The position numbers and the translations under genes are program-made. DNA of 63,145 nt, filler included, from Aduncisulcus paluster (lineage: Eukaryota), in the NCBI GenBank assembly GCA_024181965.1. It is 11 parts of 11 records of this genome, joined end to end, with 100 filler letters (N's around TTAATTAATTAA, not from the genome) between each part and the next. Parts side by side here need not be neighbours in the genome. Positions count along the whole stretch, not along the records: positions 21,660 to 36,806 come from BQXS01011647.1; 10 more parts are not named here. The stretch is one strand, 5' to 3'. The notes beneath the pieces are model-generated. The model had not been told where the DNA came from. It was given only the letters and a program-made list of their open reading frames with translations, and made no database searches. Shown one piece after another: positions 24,821 to 36,221 of this stretch. Position 1 is the first letter of the stretch; each line of letters begins with the position of its first letter.

Positions 24821-26356
24821 ATGGCTTTATCGTCAAAAGAAACTGTGATGGATGCGACTGTATCTCCATATTCCGAGAGTAACATTGAAGAATCGTCTAA
24901 TCATGATTTAGAGATTAAAGACTCTAAAATGGCAACTCATGTACATATGGGAACCAAAAAAATTTTACCTTTGATATTAAATATATCATTACCTAGCGTA
25001 TTAAGTTATTGTTTCCTGACTTTGTATGCAACCGTCGATTCTTCATTTATTGGACAATTTGAAGGCGTTGTTGCCCTTTCCGGAATTTCAGCTTACCTTA
25101 TTCTTGAAGAATTATTTAGTATGGTTTTCCAATCATTTGCTATTGTCACTGCTTCCATTATCTCTCATAGTCTTGGAGCTAATAAGAAATATGATGCTCA
25201 TAGAGCTTTCACATATAATTTAGCCCTTAATGTTGTCTTTTCTTTGATCATTATTGCTATTCAACTTCCGTTCCTTGATTCCCTTCTCCTCTCGATTGGG
25301 GTGACTTCAAGTGCTCTTCCAATCACTAGACCTTATGCCATAATTGTATCAATAGGAAATATTGGATACGGTATTATTTTTGCCCTTGAAAATGCTTTTC
25401 GTGCAGAGAACTCGCCGTGGATGGCACTGTTACTCCAGATTATCAGCACATGTATGAACATGACTCTTGACTTTGTATTTATGAAGATATGCCGCATGGG
25501 AACGGCAGGAGCAGCGCTGTCTACTCTTATTTCTCAATTTGTTCCCGGCATTATCTTTTTGATATTCTTTATCCGGAAATCCAGCCCTGTTACTGAGACG
25601 AAGATCTCTCTTTCGACGTTGAAATGTGATGCCATTGATTGGAGTGTATTTTCGAAGATATTATGGGTCGGTCTTGGATATTTCTTACTTATGGCGAATG
25701 CGTTTGTTGCTGGAATATTAATGAACCAAAATGTGAAGAAATGGGCCACAAACGATGAGGAAATGGACATTTGGATTGGTGCTCTTGGTGTGTTTTGGAG
25801 GCTTTATGTGTTTGTTTATTTCCCATGTATGGGATTTTCGTCTGGATTCCTTCCAATCGCTTCATACAACAAGGGAAAAGGTCGATACGATCGTGTATTC
25901 ACAGTTCTTTGGGAATGCATTGTGATTACTGCTGTTGTCGCCATCATTCTCTCATCCTTTTGCTTGATCTTCACGGTGCCTATTGTTGGTCTGTTCAACG
26001 ATGATCCAGAGTTTAGAGCCATCACTGAGGAAGTTACGAGGTGGGGATTTTATCCATTGTTTGGGATGTCATTCATTCTCATGCCAATCGCATGTTATAC
26101 GTTTGAACACAACACTTTTGCTGAGATCTTTCTTGGAATTGTGAATGCAATCCCCATGTTTGTGTTCGTGTATGTCTGTCCAATGTGGACTCAGAGCGTG
26201 GACGGGTTCAAATATGTGTGGGGAGTGAGCATGGGGATGGTTGCTGTTATCGGACTTCCCATCACTATTTATAAAATGATATCTTATTCGAGGTATGCAA
26301 AGAAAATGCAGCCAGAAATCATTGAATGTGATGATGATACCTCAATTGATGTCTAA
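24821..26356 (+). CDS. MATE family multidrug/toxin efflux transporter
   Basis: About 12 TM segments. Motifs LYATVDSSFIG, ISHSLGA, FRAE, MNMTLDFVF...MGTAGAALSTLISQ and PIASYNKG. Confidence 0.92.
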   Translation: MALSSKETVMDATVSPYSESNIEESSNHDLEIKDSKMATHVHMGTKKILPLILNISLPSVLSYCFLTLYATVDSSFIGQFEGVVALSGISAYLILEELFSMVFQSFAIVTASIISHSLGANKKYDAHRAFTYNLALNVVFSLIIIAIQLPFLDSLLLSIGVTSSALPITRPYAIIVSIGNIGYGIIFALENAFRAENSPWMALLLQIISTCMNMTLDFVFMKICRMGTAGAALSTLISQFVPGIIFLIFFIRKSSPVTETKISLSTLKCDAIDWSVFSKILWVGLGYFLLMANAFVAGILMNQNVKKWATNDEEMDIWIGALGVFWRLYVFVYFPCMGFSSGFLPIASYNKGKGRYDRVFTVLWECIVITAVVAIILSSFCLIFTVPIVGLFNDDPEFRAITEEVTRWGFYPLFGMSFILMPIACYTFEHNTFAEIFLGIVNAIPMFVFVYVCPMWTQSVDGFKYVWGVSMGMVAVIGLPITIYKMISYSRYAKKMQPEIIECDDDTSIDV

Positions 26357-26632
26357 TATTTGACTCTAATACTCAATGTCATTCGCTATACGGTTCTATA
26401 CACTTCTTTTGTTTCATAATGAAACTTTCATTAATATTCGTACACTAGATAATACTATCCTGGTGGGGATTTATGGAGAATCTATATACTGCACTGCAGT
26501 GTAGTATTCTATACTGTCTTGATAGACCAATAGATAGATATGTCTATATTATTATTATAGAGAGATCTAAGTGTTTTAGCTCAATCTGATATAACATCTT
26601 AGCTTAGATTATTTAACTTAGTTTATCGCGAT

Positions 26633-29611
26633 TTATTTGCCTTTAAAGGCTTCAATGCTCAGGTCGAGTTGTCCAATTTGGATTTCCAAACCATTAATCT
26701 GTTCCACAAGCTGGTCTTTCACTTTCTGGGGAGCTTTGTCCATAAATGTCTTATTGTCCATTCTCTTCTTGGAGCTGGTGAGTTGTTTCTCAAGCTTTCC
26801 TCTCTTCTTTTCAAGTTTCTTCACCTCAGCTTCCATGTCGACAAGGTCTTTAAGGTCAATAAACATAGAAATTGTGGGACTCACAAGTTCAGATGCACAT
26901 GTTGGGGGGAGAGATTCACGGGACTCAACGATCTCAATCTTCTCTCCACCAGCGTTATCACAAATAAACTCACTTCCTTCCAACAAATCTTTCAATTCTT
27001 GCTCGTCACCTTCAGCAATCTTGGGCACAAGGAACATGGGTTTCTTAGAGAAAGGAATCTGGTAGGCCTTCTTAAGCTTTCTGATGGCAGTCACAGCGGT
27101 TAGACTCAACTTCACGATACGCTCCACATCTTCGTTCTCCCATTCAGGCATCCTCTTGGGATATTCGGCATTCATAATAGTGAGGGGATCATCACTGGCC
27201 CTCCTTGGCAGGTGGTGATAGAGGGTCTCAGTCACGAAAGGCATGAATGGGTGGATAAGGATGAGTCCAGACACGATACAGTGGTAGAGCACTTGTCTGG
27301 CCACTTCTTTACGATCCTCACCGTACTCACAGTCCTTGATCACAGGTTTCACACGCTCCACATATACGTCACAGAGTTGATACAGGAAGAAAGCATGCAC
27401 AGCTGTGGTGGCAGCTCCAAGGTTGAATTCCTCCATTCCGATCCTAGCAGTGTGGGAAGCCTTGGACAAGCAGTTCAAGATCCATTTGTCACACACATCT
27501 CCCTTGCTGGCCACCATAGAAGAGAGTTCAGGGATAGAAACAGGCTTGAATTCACTGCTCATCTTGGCGAAATTAATGGCGAAGATTGTGGCATTCCAGA
27601 GTTTGTTACAAAAGTTTCTGTAACCAACGATTCTGTTGACATCGAGGTTGATGCTACGACCTTGGGAAGTGTATGAACAGAGGGCGAAACGAAGGGCATC
27701 AGTTCCACAGGGCTCAATTCCTTTGGGATAATCCATTTTTTGGGCCTTCATGGCTCTTTTCAGCTCATGTTCAGTGATGTTAGTGTTAGCCTTAAGCTTG
27801 TCTTGGAGCTGAGAGAGGGTGATACCGTTGATCACATCAAGCGGGTCCACCACGTTTCCGCTACTCTTGCTCATCTTATGACCGTGGGCATCTCTCACCA
27901 TAGCATGGAGAAGCACACGCTTGAAGGGAAGCTTTCCAGTCAAATGGAGAGACATCATTACCATACGAGCCACCCAGAAGAAAATGATATCGTGACCAGT
28001 CTCAAGCACAGAGGTTGGGAAGAAAGACTTCAAATCGAGGTTCTCCTCACCTTCATCGGGCCATCCAAACACAGAGAATGGGAAAAGACCTGAACTGAAC
28101 CAAGTGTCAAGCACATCGGGATCCTGTTCACAGGAAAGTTCCTCAACAGCCACACCGAACTTCTTGGCAGCCTCAGAGAGGGCATCTTCTTGAGTTTTGC
28201 ACACGAACCAGTGACCATCTTCCTTGTCCCATGTGGGTCTCTCTTCGTCCTTCTTCCAGATGAGAAAAGCGGGAATACGGTGTCCCCACCACAATTGTCT
28301 GGAAATGCACCAATCTCTGATGTTTTCAAGCCAACGGAACCAGGTAGCCTTGTGCCATGAAGGTGTAATCTCGAGTTCACCGGTCTCCACGGCATCGAGA
28401 GCTTTCTTTGCCATGCTATCACAGGACACATACCACTGGGGCTGAAGCATGGGCTCCACCACATCGTGAGAACGCTGAGTGATACCAATGGACATTTCAT
28501 GGGCTTCTTTTCCACGGAAGAGTCCCATCTTCTCGAGCTCTTTCTCCATGGCAAGTCTGGCATCAAATCTGAACATACCCTTGAATTGACAACCTTCTTC
28601 CTCATTGATGAAACCATTGAGGTCAAAACAAGTTCTGAAGGGAAGACCGTGTTTCTTTCCAGTACGTTCATCGTTAGGGTCGTGAGCAGGAGTGATCTTC
28701 ACGGCACCAGTTCCAAACTCCATCTCAACGAGCTCAGCATCAAGGATAATGGGCAATTTACGACCGTTGAAAGGGTGACGCACGAAACGACCGTGGAGGT
28801 GCTTATAACGAGGATCTTCAGGGTGTACAGCCACAGCACTATCAGCAAGCATAGTCTCAAGACGAGTGGTGGCAACAACAATCTCTCCACATTCTCCTTC
28901 TTTCTCTCCTTCCTCGGCAGCGATAGGGTATGCGAAGGAGGTAATGTAACCGAACTCATATTTTGGGTATTTACCACCGGGTACAGCGATTTTGTGAGGG
29001 GTTTTGAATTCCTCATATTCTACTTCCATGTCAGAGATGGCGGTACGGAGCTTACAATCCCAGTTCACAAGTCTTACGTCTCTATAGATTAATCCATCTT
29101 TGTACATACGCAAAAAGGCTTCTTGTACAGCAGCACTAAGCTTATCATCCATGGTAAATACTTGACGGGTCCAATCGAGTGAAGATCCAAGAGAACGAAG
29201 CTGGTAGAAGATCTTGTCACCATATTCTTTCTTCCATTCCCATACCTTCGACACAAATTTTTCACGGCCAATATCGTGGCGAGTAATACCTTCTTCACGC
29301 ATAATTTTCTTTTCCACCACCACTTGAGTGGCAATACCAGCATGATCGGTTCCAGGAACCCATAACACTTCTTTACCACACAAACGGTTGAATCTTACAA
29401 GAGAATCTTGCACACTATTTGTCAAAGCATGACCAATGTGAAGACTACCAGTTACATTTGGGGGAGGGATCACCAAAACGTATTTTTCCTTCTTGGAAGT
29501 TGGATCGGCAACAAAGTATTTTGATTGTTCCCACCATTGATACAATCCCTCTTCCACAACGTGTGGATTATAAGCTGGATGCTCAGAAAGAGATACAACA
29601 GGCTTTTCCAT
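26633..29611 (-). CDS. VARS1: Valyl-tRNA synthetase
   Basis: PPPNVTGSLHIGH, DHAGIATQ, GTGAVKITPAHD, DWCISRQLWWGH, DVLDTWFSS, KMSKS and C-terminal coiled coil. Confidence 0.98.
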   Translation of the reverse strand: MEKPVVSLSEHPAYNPHVVEEGLYQWWEQSKYFVADPTSKKEKYVLVIPPPNVTGSLHIGHALTNSVQDSLVRFNRLCGKEVLWVPGTDHAGIATQVVVEKKIMREEGITRHDIGREKFVSKVWEWKKEYGDKIFYQLRSLGSSLDWTRQVFTMDDKLSAAVQEAFLRMYKDGLIYRDVRLVNWDCKLRTAISDMEVEYEEFKTPHKIAVPGGKYPKYEFGYITSFAYPIAAEEGEKEGECGEIVVATTRLETMLADSAVAVHPEDPRYKHLHGRFVRHPFNGRKLPIILDAELVEMEFGTGAVKITPAHDPNDERTGKKHGLPFRTCFDLNGFINEEEGCQFKGMFRFDARLAMEKELEKMGLFRGKEAHEMSIGITQRSHDVVEPMLQPQWYVSCDSMAKKALDAVETGELEITPSWHKATWFRWLENIRDWCISRQLWWGHRIPAFLIWKKDEERPTWDKEDGHWFVCKTQEDALSEAAKKFGVAVEELSCEQDPDVLDTWFSSGLFPFSVFGWPDEGEENLDLKSFFPTSVLETGHDIIFFWVARMVMMSLHLTGKLPFKRVLLHAMVRDAHGHKMSKSSGNVVDPLDVINGITLSQLQDKLKANTNITEHELKRAMKAQKMDYPKGIEPCGTDALRFALCSYTSQGRSINLDVNRIVGYRNFCNKLWNATIFAINFAKMSSEFKPVSIPELSSMVASKGDVCDKWILNCLSKASHTARIGMEEFNLGAATTAVHAFFLYQLCDVYVERVKPVIKDCEYGEDRKEVARQVLYHCIVSGLILIHPFMPFVTETLYHHLPRRASDDPLTIMNAEYPKRMPEWENEDVERIVKLSLTAVTAIRKLKKAYQIPFSKKPMFLVPKIAEGDEQELKDLLEGSEFICDNAGGEKIEIVESRESLPPTCASELVSPTISMFIDLKDLVDMEAEVKKLEKKRGKLEKQLTSSKKRMDNKTFMDKAPQKVKDQLVEQINGLEIQIGQLDLSIEAFKGK

Positions 29612-29802
29612 GATTCTACAAGAAAACCAGAAATTATGATCGTCACGAGAATAGGGCTTGAATAGATTCTACCGTCGGAACATGAATAGATAATATCATA
29701 TTAAATTTAGTTTGTATAATTATCTATCTTTTTTAAATATCTATTAAATGAATATTTCGAAGCAATCAATCACGCAAATTTCTACCGGGGAATTCTTTAT
29801 GT

Positions 29803-32800
29803 TTGGAAATATTATTGGATATGATTATATCTATAATATTAGTATTATATAAAATTATAACTCCTAAATGCTCTATTTCCGGTCTTATCACAGAGATATT
29901 TTCAAACTTTGAAGTAAGCCTTGAAGGCTTATTTGATGCCAATACGAAACAAGATATGAGGCATTCTTTCCTTTTTGAACTTAAAGGCCATGAATTGCTA
30001 TTAGAAAATCTACAAGAGCTGGCTGTTTCTTTGAAAGAACTGACCCAACATAATATATATTGTAGCTCCCATATTTCAACAGAAAAAATGTCAATGCATG
30101 ATGCTCTTATAATAACTGAAGAATATAGTTGCAAAATTGTGAATTCATCTCTTCCCTTGTCATTTCATTCGGATGTACAGAGTATTGTAGAAAATGATTC
30201 TTCTGTGCTTTTTTCGGGTCAAACACCTTGTATTTTTATTTGTACAATGCACTATGAAAATTCTCAGCCATTCTCATGTTGTTTTTGCATTGCCATTTGG
30301 GAAGATCCCTCATCCATTACTTTCCAGCCTCCATTACCTGATGAATACAGTGCAATGGACGAATATAGTGGGATGGGTGAATCTTCAAAAGACTTTCTCA
30401 TTGGTCAGGGTGAATATAAAACCTCTGAAAAGAAAAAAGGACGAAAAAAACAAAGAGGTATTGAATCAAAATCTGAGGATTCACCTCCTCGGGAAAAGGA
30501 TATAACAAAAGATATAGATATAAAAATAGAAACCAAGGATAAAAAATTAGACTCTGAATTTTCTTATTCTGATCAATCCAGCCATGTGAGTGACCAATAT
30601 GCTCCCCAGGGTCTTATTTCCATAAATGTAGCTGATATAAATGAATTTGGAGAAGAAGAGGAAGAAGAGGAAGAAGAAGATAGAGTAATCCCAGATATGA
30701 AAGCAGAATATAGTATTGTTGAGTCGGTTAGTGATGGGATAATTACAACATCTCACAGCATTGATGGTTCATGTCAACGTAGATCTTTTGATGAAGAAAT
30801 TGATGCCATTGAGAAGAAATTAGGTAGTATTGATGACGGTTTAATTAGTGCAATGACAGAGATAAATAGTAATGCTAAACACTCTGGTGAGAACGAGGAT
30901 GATAGAGAATTGATCGATGAAAAAGGCATAACGAATGAAAAAAATTCAAATGGAACCAAAATAGACGATTCACAAGATATAAAATTATCCAGCGAACTTT
31001 CATCCAACTCCTTCCATGAAAGTATTGTGGAGAAAGGAGAGGAACAAGAAAAGGAAGAGGAAGATAGAGACAATGGGTCGGAAGAAGAATATGATGAGTC
31101 TAGTCACGAGAATCAATTTGTAGAAACTGAGAATCAAGAGATTGAGATTGATGATATCATTGATTTTGATGAAATTTATGCATCTTCTCAAGCTCATCAG
31201 CCATCCCAACGGGAAATATTTGATGAAGGACTAAAAGAGTCACATTCGTTTCATACTTCGGGTGGTCGTCTTCCTTCTGTTGAGATAGAGAAAGATATGT
31301 ATCAACAGGCGGTTGTTATATCACCATCTGTGACAACATGCATCCCTTTCTCTCCTCTTCATTTCATATCAATGATCTTATACTATCTCTCATTTCCTCA
31401 GTCCTCTCAGAGTCTTCCTCTATGGTTCCTCAGAGAACTATTCTCCCCAACTCTTCCTCAGCGTCTTGTACCTCAGTTCATATTCCGGTATTCTCTGCCA
31501 AAGGGACATCATACAACAACACAAATATTTTCTTCCACCCATTGTCTCTATTTTACAAATTGGCCTGAAAGAAACTCTCACAGACATTATTTATTAAAAA
31601 AGCAGCCTTCTCACAAGGAGGAATATCCTTCTTCTTCTGTTGCTGACTCAGTACCGTATAGTTCCTCTGCAGAAATGATTGATGGAACTGAAATGATACA
31701 AATATCTCGAATAGAACAATCTATTCTCGTTCTATGGCTTGTATTATGTGTTGGAGCCATTATTGAACAAGAGGAATGTGATGTGAAACAACGAGAAAAT
31801 GATATTGAAAAACACAAAGAATTAGATATTGATGATAAAACTCATTCAAAGAAGAGCAAATATTTGACATTAAAATCGACAGGCTGTGAGCAAAAAAGTG
31901 AAGACCTTGAATCTAAAGATTCATCTCTGCTCATTTCCACACTTAATGCCACTGAAGTGCTTGTTATTGATGAGGAAGAAGAAGAGGAGGAGGAAGAAGA
32001 AGAAGAAGAAGAAGGAAGAAGAAGAAGAAAAGGAAGAAGAAGAAGAAAAGGAAGAGATGAAAGACGTATCCGTTAAGGAAAAGGATGATGCATCTGACCC
32101 ATCGTTAAAGAAGGATCGAGCGTTGCCATCTTTTGTTACAAATAATGATATTCCAATGTCTTCACTCCCTTCTCTATCTCTAATCTCTCAATTATCAATA
32201 TCCATTTGGTATATCCATCCGACGTTATCATTTCCTCTCTCCTTCTCTTTCTCTCCCTCTCATTCATCGGTCCTTCGTGATGTTGTTTCTGCCATACACA
32301 CAACTGTGCAATCNNNNNNNNNNNNNNNNNNNNTGTTACAAATAATGATATTCCAATGTCTTCACTCCCTTCTCTATCTCTAATCTCTCAATTATCAATA
32401 TCCATTTGGTATATCCATCCGACGTTATCATTTCCTCTCTCCTTCTCTTTCTCTCCCTCTCATTCATCGGTCCTTCGTGATGTTGTTTCTGCCATACACA
32501 CAACTGTGCAATCTGTGGAAGATACCCTCCGACAGATCCATATGCAGGGGACAGCTCGTTATGATCCTTCATGTGGACAGTCAGAAAGAACCATACATCA
32601 AGATCCATCCCTTGAAGATTCTTATTCACTTTCAAAGCCCAACATTGATGAGTCCAAGAAGGTGCTTGGAGCTTCTTCCTCTCCCCTCTCTTTGGAATGT
32701 CTCTTTATTCCTTCGTCCACAGTGTTACCTTTTGAAGATCCCTCCTCTGTACCCACTCATTCGTTATGTTTCACTCACATTCATAATTGCTGTGATATCT

Positions 32801-33066
32801 GTGTGTCAGTCGATCGTGCCGGTATTGATGAAGTGAGATTCAGTGCTGATGCAAAGGATGGAGAGGGAGAATTTCTCGTTCGAATGGTGCAAACTATTGT
32901 ATCTCTCTTGAATAATGCGACCAATACACACATTGATAAGAAAGGAATGTCTCGATCGAGTGGAGAGTGTTCTGTCGGTTCAATGTCACTAGTTAATATA
33001 ATAATTAGTTTATTAAGTGAAGGTAGAAGGATAATTCAAAACGTAGGAACATATTTGGGACAATAA
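29803..33066 (+). CDS. Large acidic hypothetical protein, broken by a GAA-tract frameshift (about 32010) and a duplicated gap; start uncertain
   Basis: ORFs 29803-32076, 31886-32313 and 32356-33066 are collinear pieces. Poly-E continues in the shifted frame. Confidence 0.6.
32134..32513. repeat. Assembly artefact: 180-bp direct duplication flanking a 20-N gap
   Basis: 32134-32313 equals 32334-32513. Confidence 0.9.
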
Positions 33067-33242
33067 ATTTTCATATCTCATTCGTTAAACACATATTTTT
33101 GGAATAATTCTATTTCAATAGATATAGTCAAATTATTGCTTTTTAAAACTTAAGAAGTTGAGATATAAATGAAATTAAATATTACACCGATTGTGGTTAA
33201 TTGAGCAACAGAGAAATAAAAAATTCTAATTATTCTTAAAAT

Positions 33243-33315
33243 TGGCCCCAGCGTGGCTTGAACACGCGACCTCAGCATCTTCAGTGCTGCGCTCTCCCAG
33301 CTGAGCTATGTGGCC
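33243..33315 (-). tRNA. tRNA-Phe (anticodon GAA), intronless, CCA not encoded
   Basis: GGCCACA-TA-GCTC-AGCTGGGA-GAGC-G-CAGCA-CTGAAGA-TGCTG-AGGTC-GCGTG-TTCAAGC-CACGC-TGGGGCC-A folds as a 73-nt cloverleaf. Confidence 0.96.
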
Positions 33316-33539
33316 ATATTTAAAAGTTGCTTTTTCTATTATAAATGAAGCACAATTTATTTTTTTGGGAATTTCATGATTATTAAGCAGTAAGATTTAA
33401 GGACCTGTAGAATATATTATATTTTAGCTAATAGGTGGAATATATTGTAGAAACTTAACTGTCAATCCGTTTTTCTTTTGTTTGTTGGTTTTTCCTTGCA
33501 AATTAGTGATTAATATAAAAATATTGAGAACGATTTAAC

Positions 33540-36221
33540 ATGTTTCATCTATTGCCAACTCAATATATACCAAATTCAAATTTTGGACTGACAAGAAGGC
33601 CTTATAAACTCTCTTTGATGTCAAAGGATTTAATTCTTGCTGGAAATAACATTTTTCGGATAGATGGGAAGAAAATTGCTCACCAATATTCTATTGGACC
33701 AGTAGAAAGAATAGTAGGTGGAATCATGAATTTTACTGATTCTTTCTTTGATGGAACCAATTTTTATGTATTTGGAAGTTTCATTAAGGAAATTGACAGT
33801 CCTTCATGTACAAGTTCACATCAAACTCATTGCTCTTGTCACTTTTCCAAGGATATGCTTGTGAACTCAAACAATAGGTATGAATATCCTGGAAGACCTG
33901 TTAGTTCTCTAATTGACGGAAGGATTCTTATTCATCTTCATGGTGACACATGTATTCTTCCTTCAATGACATCAATAGAATCATGTCTTCCAATAGTTTT
34001 GGCGAAAGAAGAAGGTTCTGGTGAACCTTCACCCGAACAAAAAGCTCATTGGGAATCTGTTTCAAAAATAGGGAAGAAATGGAGAGAACAATATCCTATT
34101 CTTCCAGCGATTAATGATATTCATGGTATTGTTGTTGCTGGTGGAGACCATGATAGACAAATTGATGTTATCTCTGGTGGAAATGGAATATATGTCCTTC
34201 CTATGGGCTCAAATAAGCCAATATTAATCAATATGTTTTTAAAAGGAGAAAAAATTTCTGTATCAACTAGTAATATGACGATGGTTGTTTTTTCTTTGCG
34301 ATCAGACTCGAGGAGTGAAACCTCGAAAGCTCGAAAAGATACATACGAGGAGGAAGATCTTTATAGAGTATTTGTTTCTGATGAAAAAGTTATATATGTG
34401 TTTACTCTCCCTTCATGTGACAAACTTAAGACTTTGTTTTTCGCTGACAAAGAATCTGAAAAAGAAAACTCAGCTTCTCTTGATGTTGAATGTGTATGTC
34501 TTGAGCAGTTTGATCGTCCTAAAATTCGACCTTGTTCAATTTCTAATCATCTCGTTATTGAAGGGCGTATATCAACCCCCCGTGCTGAATTCCAGAGTCT
34601 TCTTAAGCGTCAGATTGATAGTGATTTTGGTGCTGCTACCCTTGAATTAGCAAAGAAAAGCATTGAAATTTCCCCTGAGAGGTGTTTTGAACTTTCTCAA
34701 CTTCGTTCCATTCCTCACATTGTTGATGTATCTTCCTCAAATGTTTCAGACTTTGTTGTTACCCCGTTGCCAACACTATTATGGTTCTTGGAAATGGATC
34801 TTACATTGAATGGGTCTATTGATGATCATTCTCAATCCTTTCATATGTTTTTGAGTTATGGACGAACCAAGGAATCCTTCATATTATCATTTGATGATGT
34901 CTCAGCTCTCTTGGGTTCTAATTCACTCCCTCTCCGAGAATGTTTTGATGTCAGGCGCCATAAATTCCTCTCTCATGTTGAACAATGGGTTCCTGACCAT
35001 CCCTGGGCTTTCTCTGAGCTTAACGAGAAAATGATGGAGAAGGTTCACTCTCATGGGCATGCCAAGGAACTCAAAACTGTGTATAACATGAAATATGCCC
35101 CAGAAAACTATTGCATAAAGATTGGGATTGTGCCAACAGAAGAGGACAAGGAACTTCGTTTTCGGAAAGACTCGTATGAAGGCCAAGGTGAACAAATGCG
35201 TCACTCTTCAATGAAATGGCGTGCAGTATCTACTGATGATTCCATTCATGTGCCAGAAACTGCTCGCAGCCCTGATTTCTTTGAAATTTCTTATTTTGAA
35301 ATGAACAAATATCTTGGAGCTCCGATATTAAGTTTCTCAAAATGGTCACGCACGGTTGAATCCGGCTTTTTTTCAGAGTATTCCGACGGTATTCGAACAT
35401 CGAATCCACTTTGTGGGGTTGTGAAGGAGTTTAGTTCTTCTGGGTTTCAATTGGCTGACCAATGGTGTGGAATTCCTTGTCCAACCGCTGCTGCCATTGC
35501 TAAACAAGCAAGAGGAGAGCGGTTAACCCGTGGAAAACAGAAGTTGAAATTTAAATTTAAAGATGGATATCTCGGTCCTTCTGGTCATGTAATGGTGGGT
35601 CCTCAACCATCCAAGACAGATCTTAATGGTCCAAATGACACCAATACAATCATTTTAATAGATCCATGTGAGTCATTGACCTCATATAGTCCCATTGTTC
35701 ATGAAGTTAAACCAGGTGAATGGATAGGATCTTCTTTTACTCGAGATGGCACAATTGGAGAGTGTCAAATCATCCATAAAGATCACATTGATGATAACTC
35801 TATAGATTTTTTGCCCTCATTAGTACCCCAATACGACTTTCCTAGGCAACGCGGACACACCAAAAGCTCTGTATTTGAACAAGAAGCTGGTTCTCCCGGG
35901 TGGCATCAACTCCATCAAGCAGTTGGTTCTGATACTGCGTATTGTGGATTCTTTATAAAATCAATGTTCGAGAAGAAAACAGATTATATTGAAGTTGATG
36001 GACTTGGATCTGAAGGAACCTTAAATAGCTTGGTGTTTGAATTGCCCTATGGAGGTGTCGATTATATGGCTGTGAATGGTATAGATGCAACTAAAGCTTC
36101 TGTTCCAGGGGGATATTATACACGTAGTGGTTGGGGAGATGGGTCTTATCCTGCTTTCGTTAAAAGAAATTCTGATGGTTTGTGTATTGGAATAAGGATC
36201 ATTTTCATTCCAGCTAAATAA
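33540..36221 (+). CDS. Hypothetical protein with C-terminal DUF4241-like domain
   Basis: 893-aa ORF. C-terminal VGSDTAYCGFF...YTRSGWGDGSYPAFVKRNSDG.CIGIRIIF resembles the SG(W/Y)GDG.Y motif family. Confidence 0.7.
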   Translation: MFHLLPTQYIPNSNFGLTRRPYKLSLMSKDLILAGNNIFRIDGKKIAHQYSIGPVERIVGGIMNFTDSFFDGTNFYVFGSFIKEIDSPSCTSSHQTHCSCHFSKDMLVNSNNRYEYPGRPVSSLIDGRILIHLHGDTCILPSMTSIESCLPIVLAKEEGSGEPSPEQKAHWESVSKIGKKWREQYPILPAINDIHGIVVAGGDHDRQIDVISGGNGIYVLPMGSNKPILINMFLKGEKISVSTSNMTMVVFSLRSDSRSETSKARKDTYEEEDLYRVFVSDEKVIYVFTLPSCDKLKTLFFADKESEKENSASLDVECVCLEQFDRPKIRPCSISNHLVIEGRISTPRAEFQSLLKRQIDSDFGAATLELAKKSIEISPERCFELSQLRSIPHIVDVSSSNVSDFVVTPLPTLLWFLEMDLTLNGSIDDHSQSFHMFLSYGRTKESFILSFDDVSALLGSNSLPLRECFDVRRHKFLSHVEQWVPDHPWAFSELNEKMMEKVHSHGHAKELKTVYNMKYAPENYCIKIGIVPTEEDKELRFRKDSYEGQGEQMRHSSMKWRAVSTDDSIHVPETARSPDFFEISYFEMNKYLGAPILSFSKWSRTVESGFFSEYSDGIRTSNPLCGVVKEFSSSGFQLADQWCGIPCPTAAAIAKQARGERLTRGKQKLKFKFKDGYLGPSGHVMVGPQPSKTDLNGPNDTNTIILIDPCESLTSYSPIVHEVKPGEWIGSSFTRDGTIGECQIIHKDHIDDNSIDFLPSLVPQYDFPRQRGHTKSSVFEQEAGSPGWHQLHQAVGSDTAYCGFFIKSMFEKKTDYIEVDGLGSEGTLNSLVFELPYGGVDYMAVNGIDATKASVPGGYYTRSGWGDGSYPAFVKRNSDGLCIGIRIIFIPAK

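Noticed and set aside
26637..29092. Long antisense ORFs over valyl-tRNA synthetase (also over the cathepsin and LRR genes)
   Set aside because: By-product of strong codon bias in the sense gene; no start context or recognisable motifs.
31970..32076. Basic C-terminal tails GRRRRKGRRRRK (and ERKRKERKRK at about 21400-21478) as NLS or programmed frameshift products
   Set aside because: They are GAA tracts read out of frame. The acidic sequence continues in the neighbouring frame, as expected for assembly indels in microsatellites.
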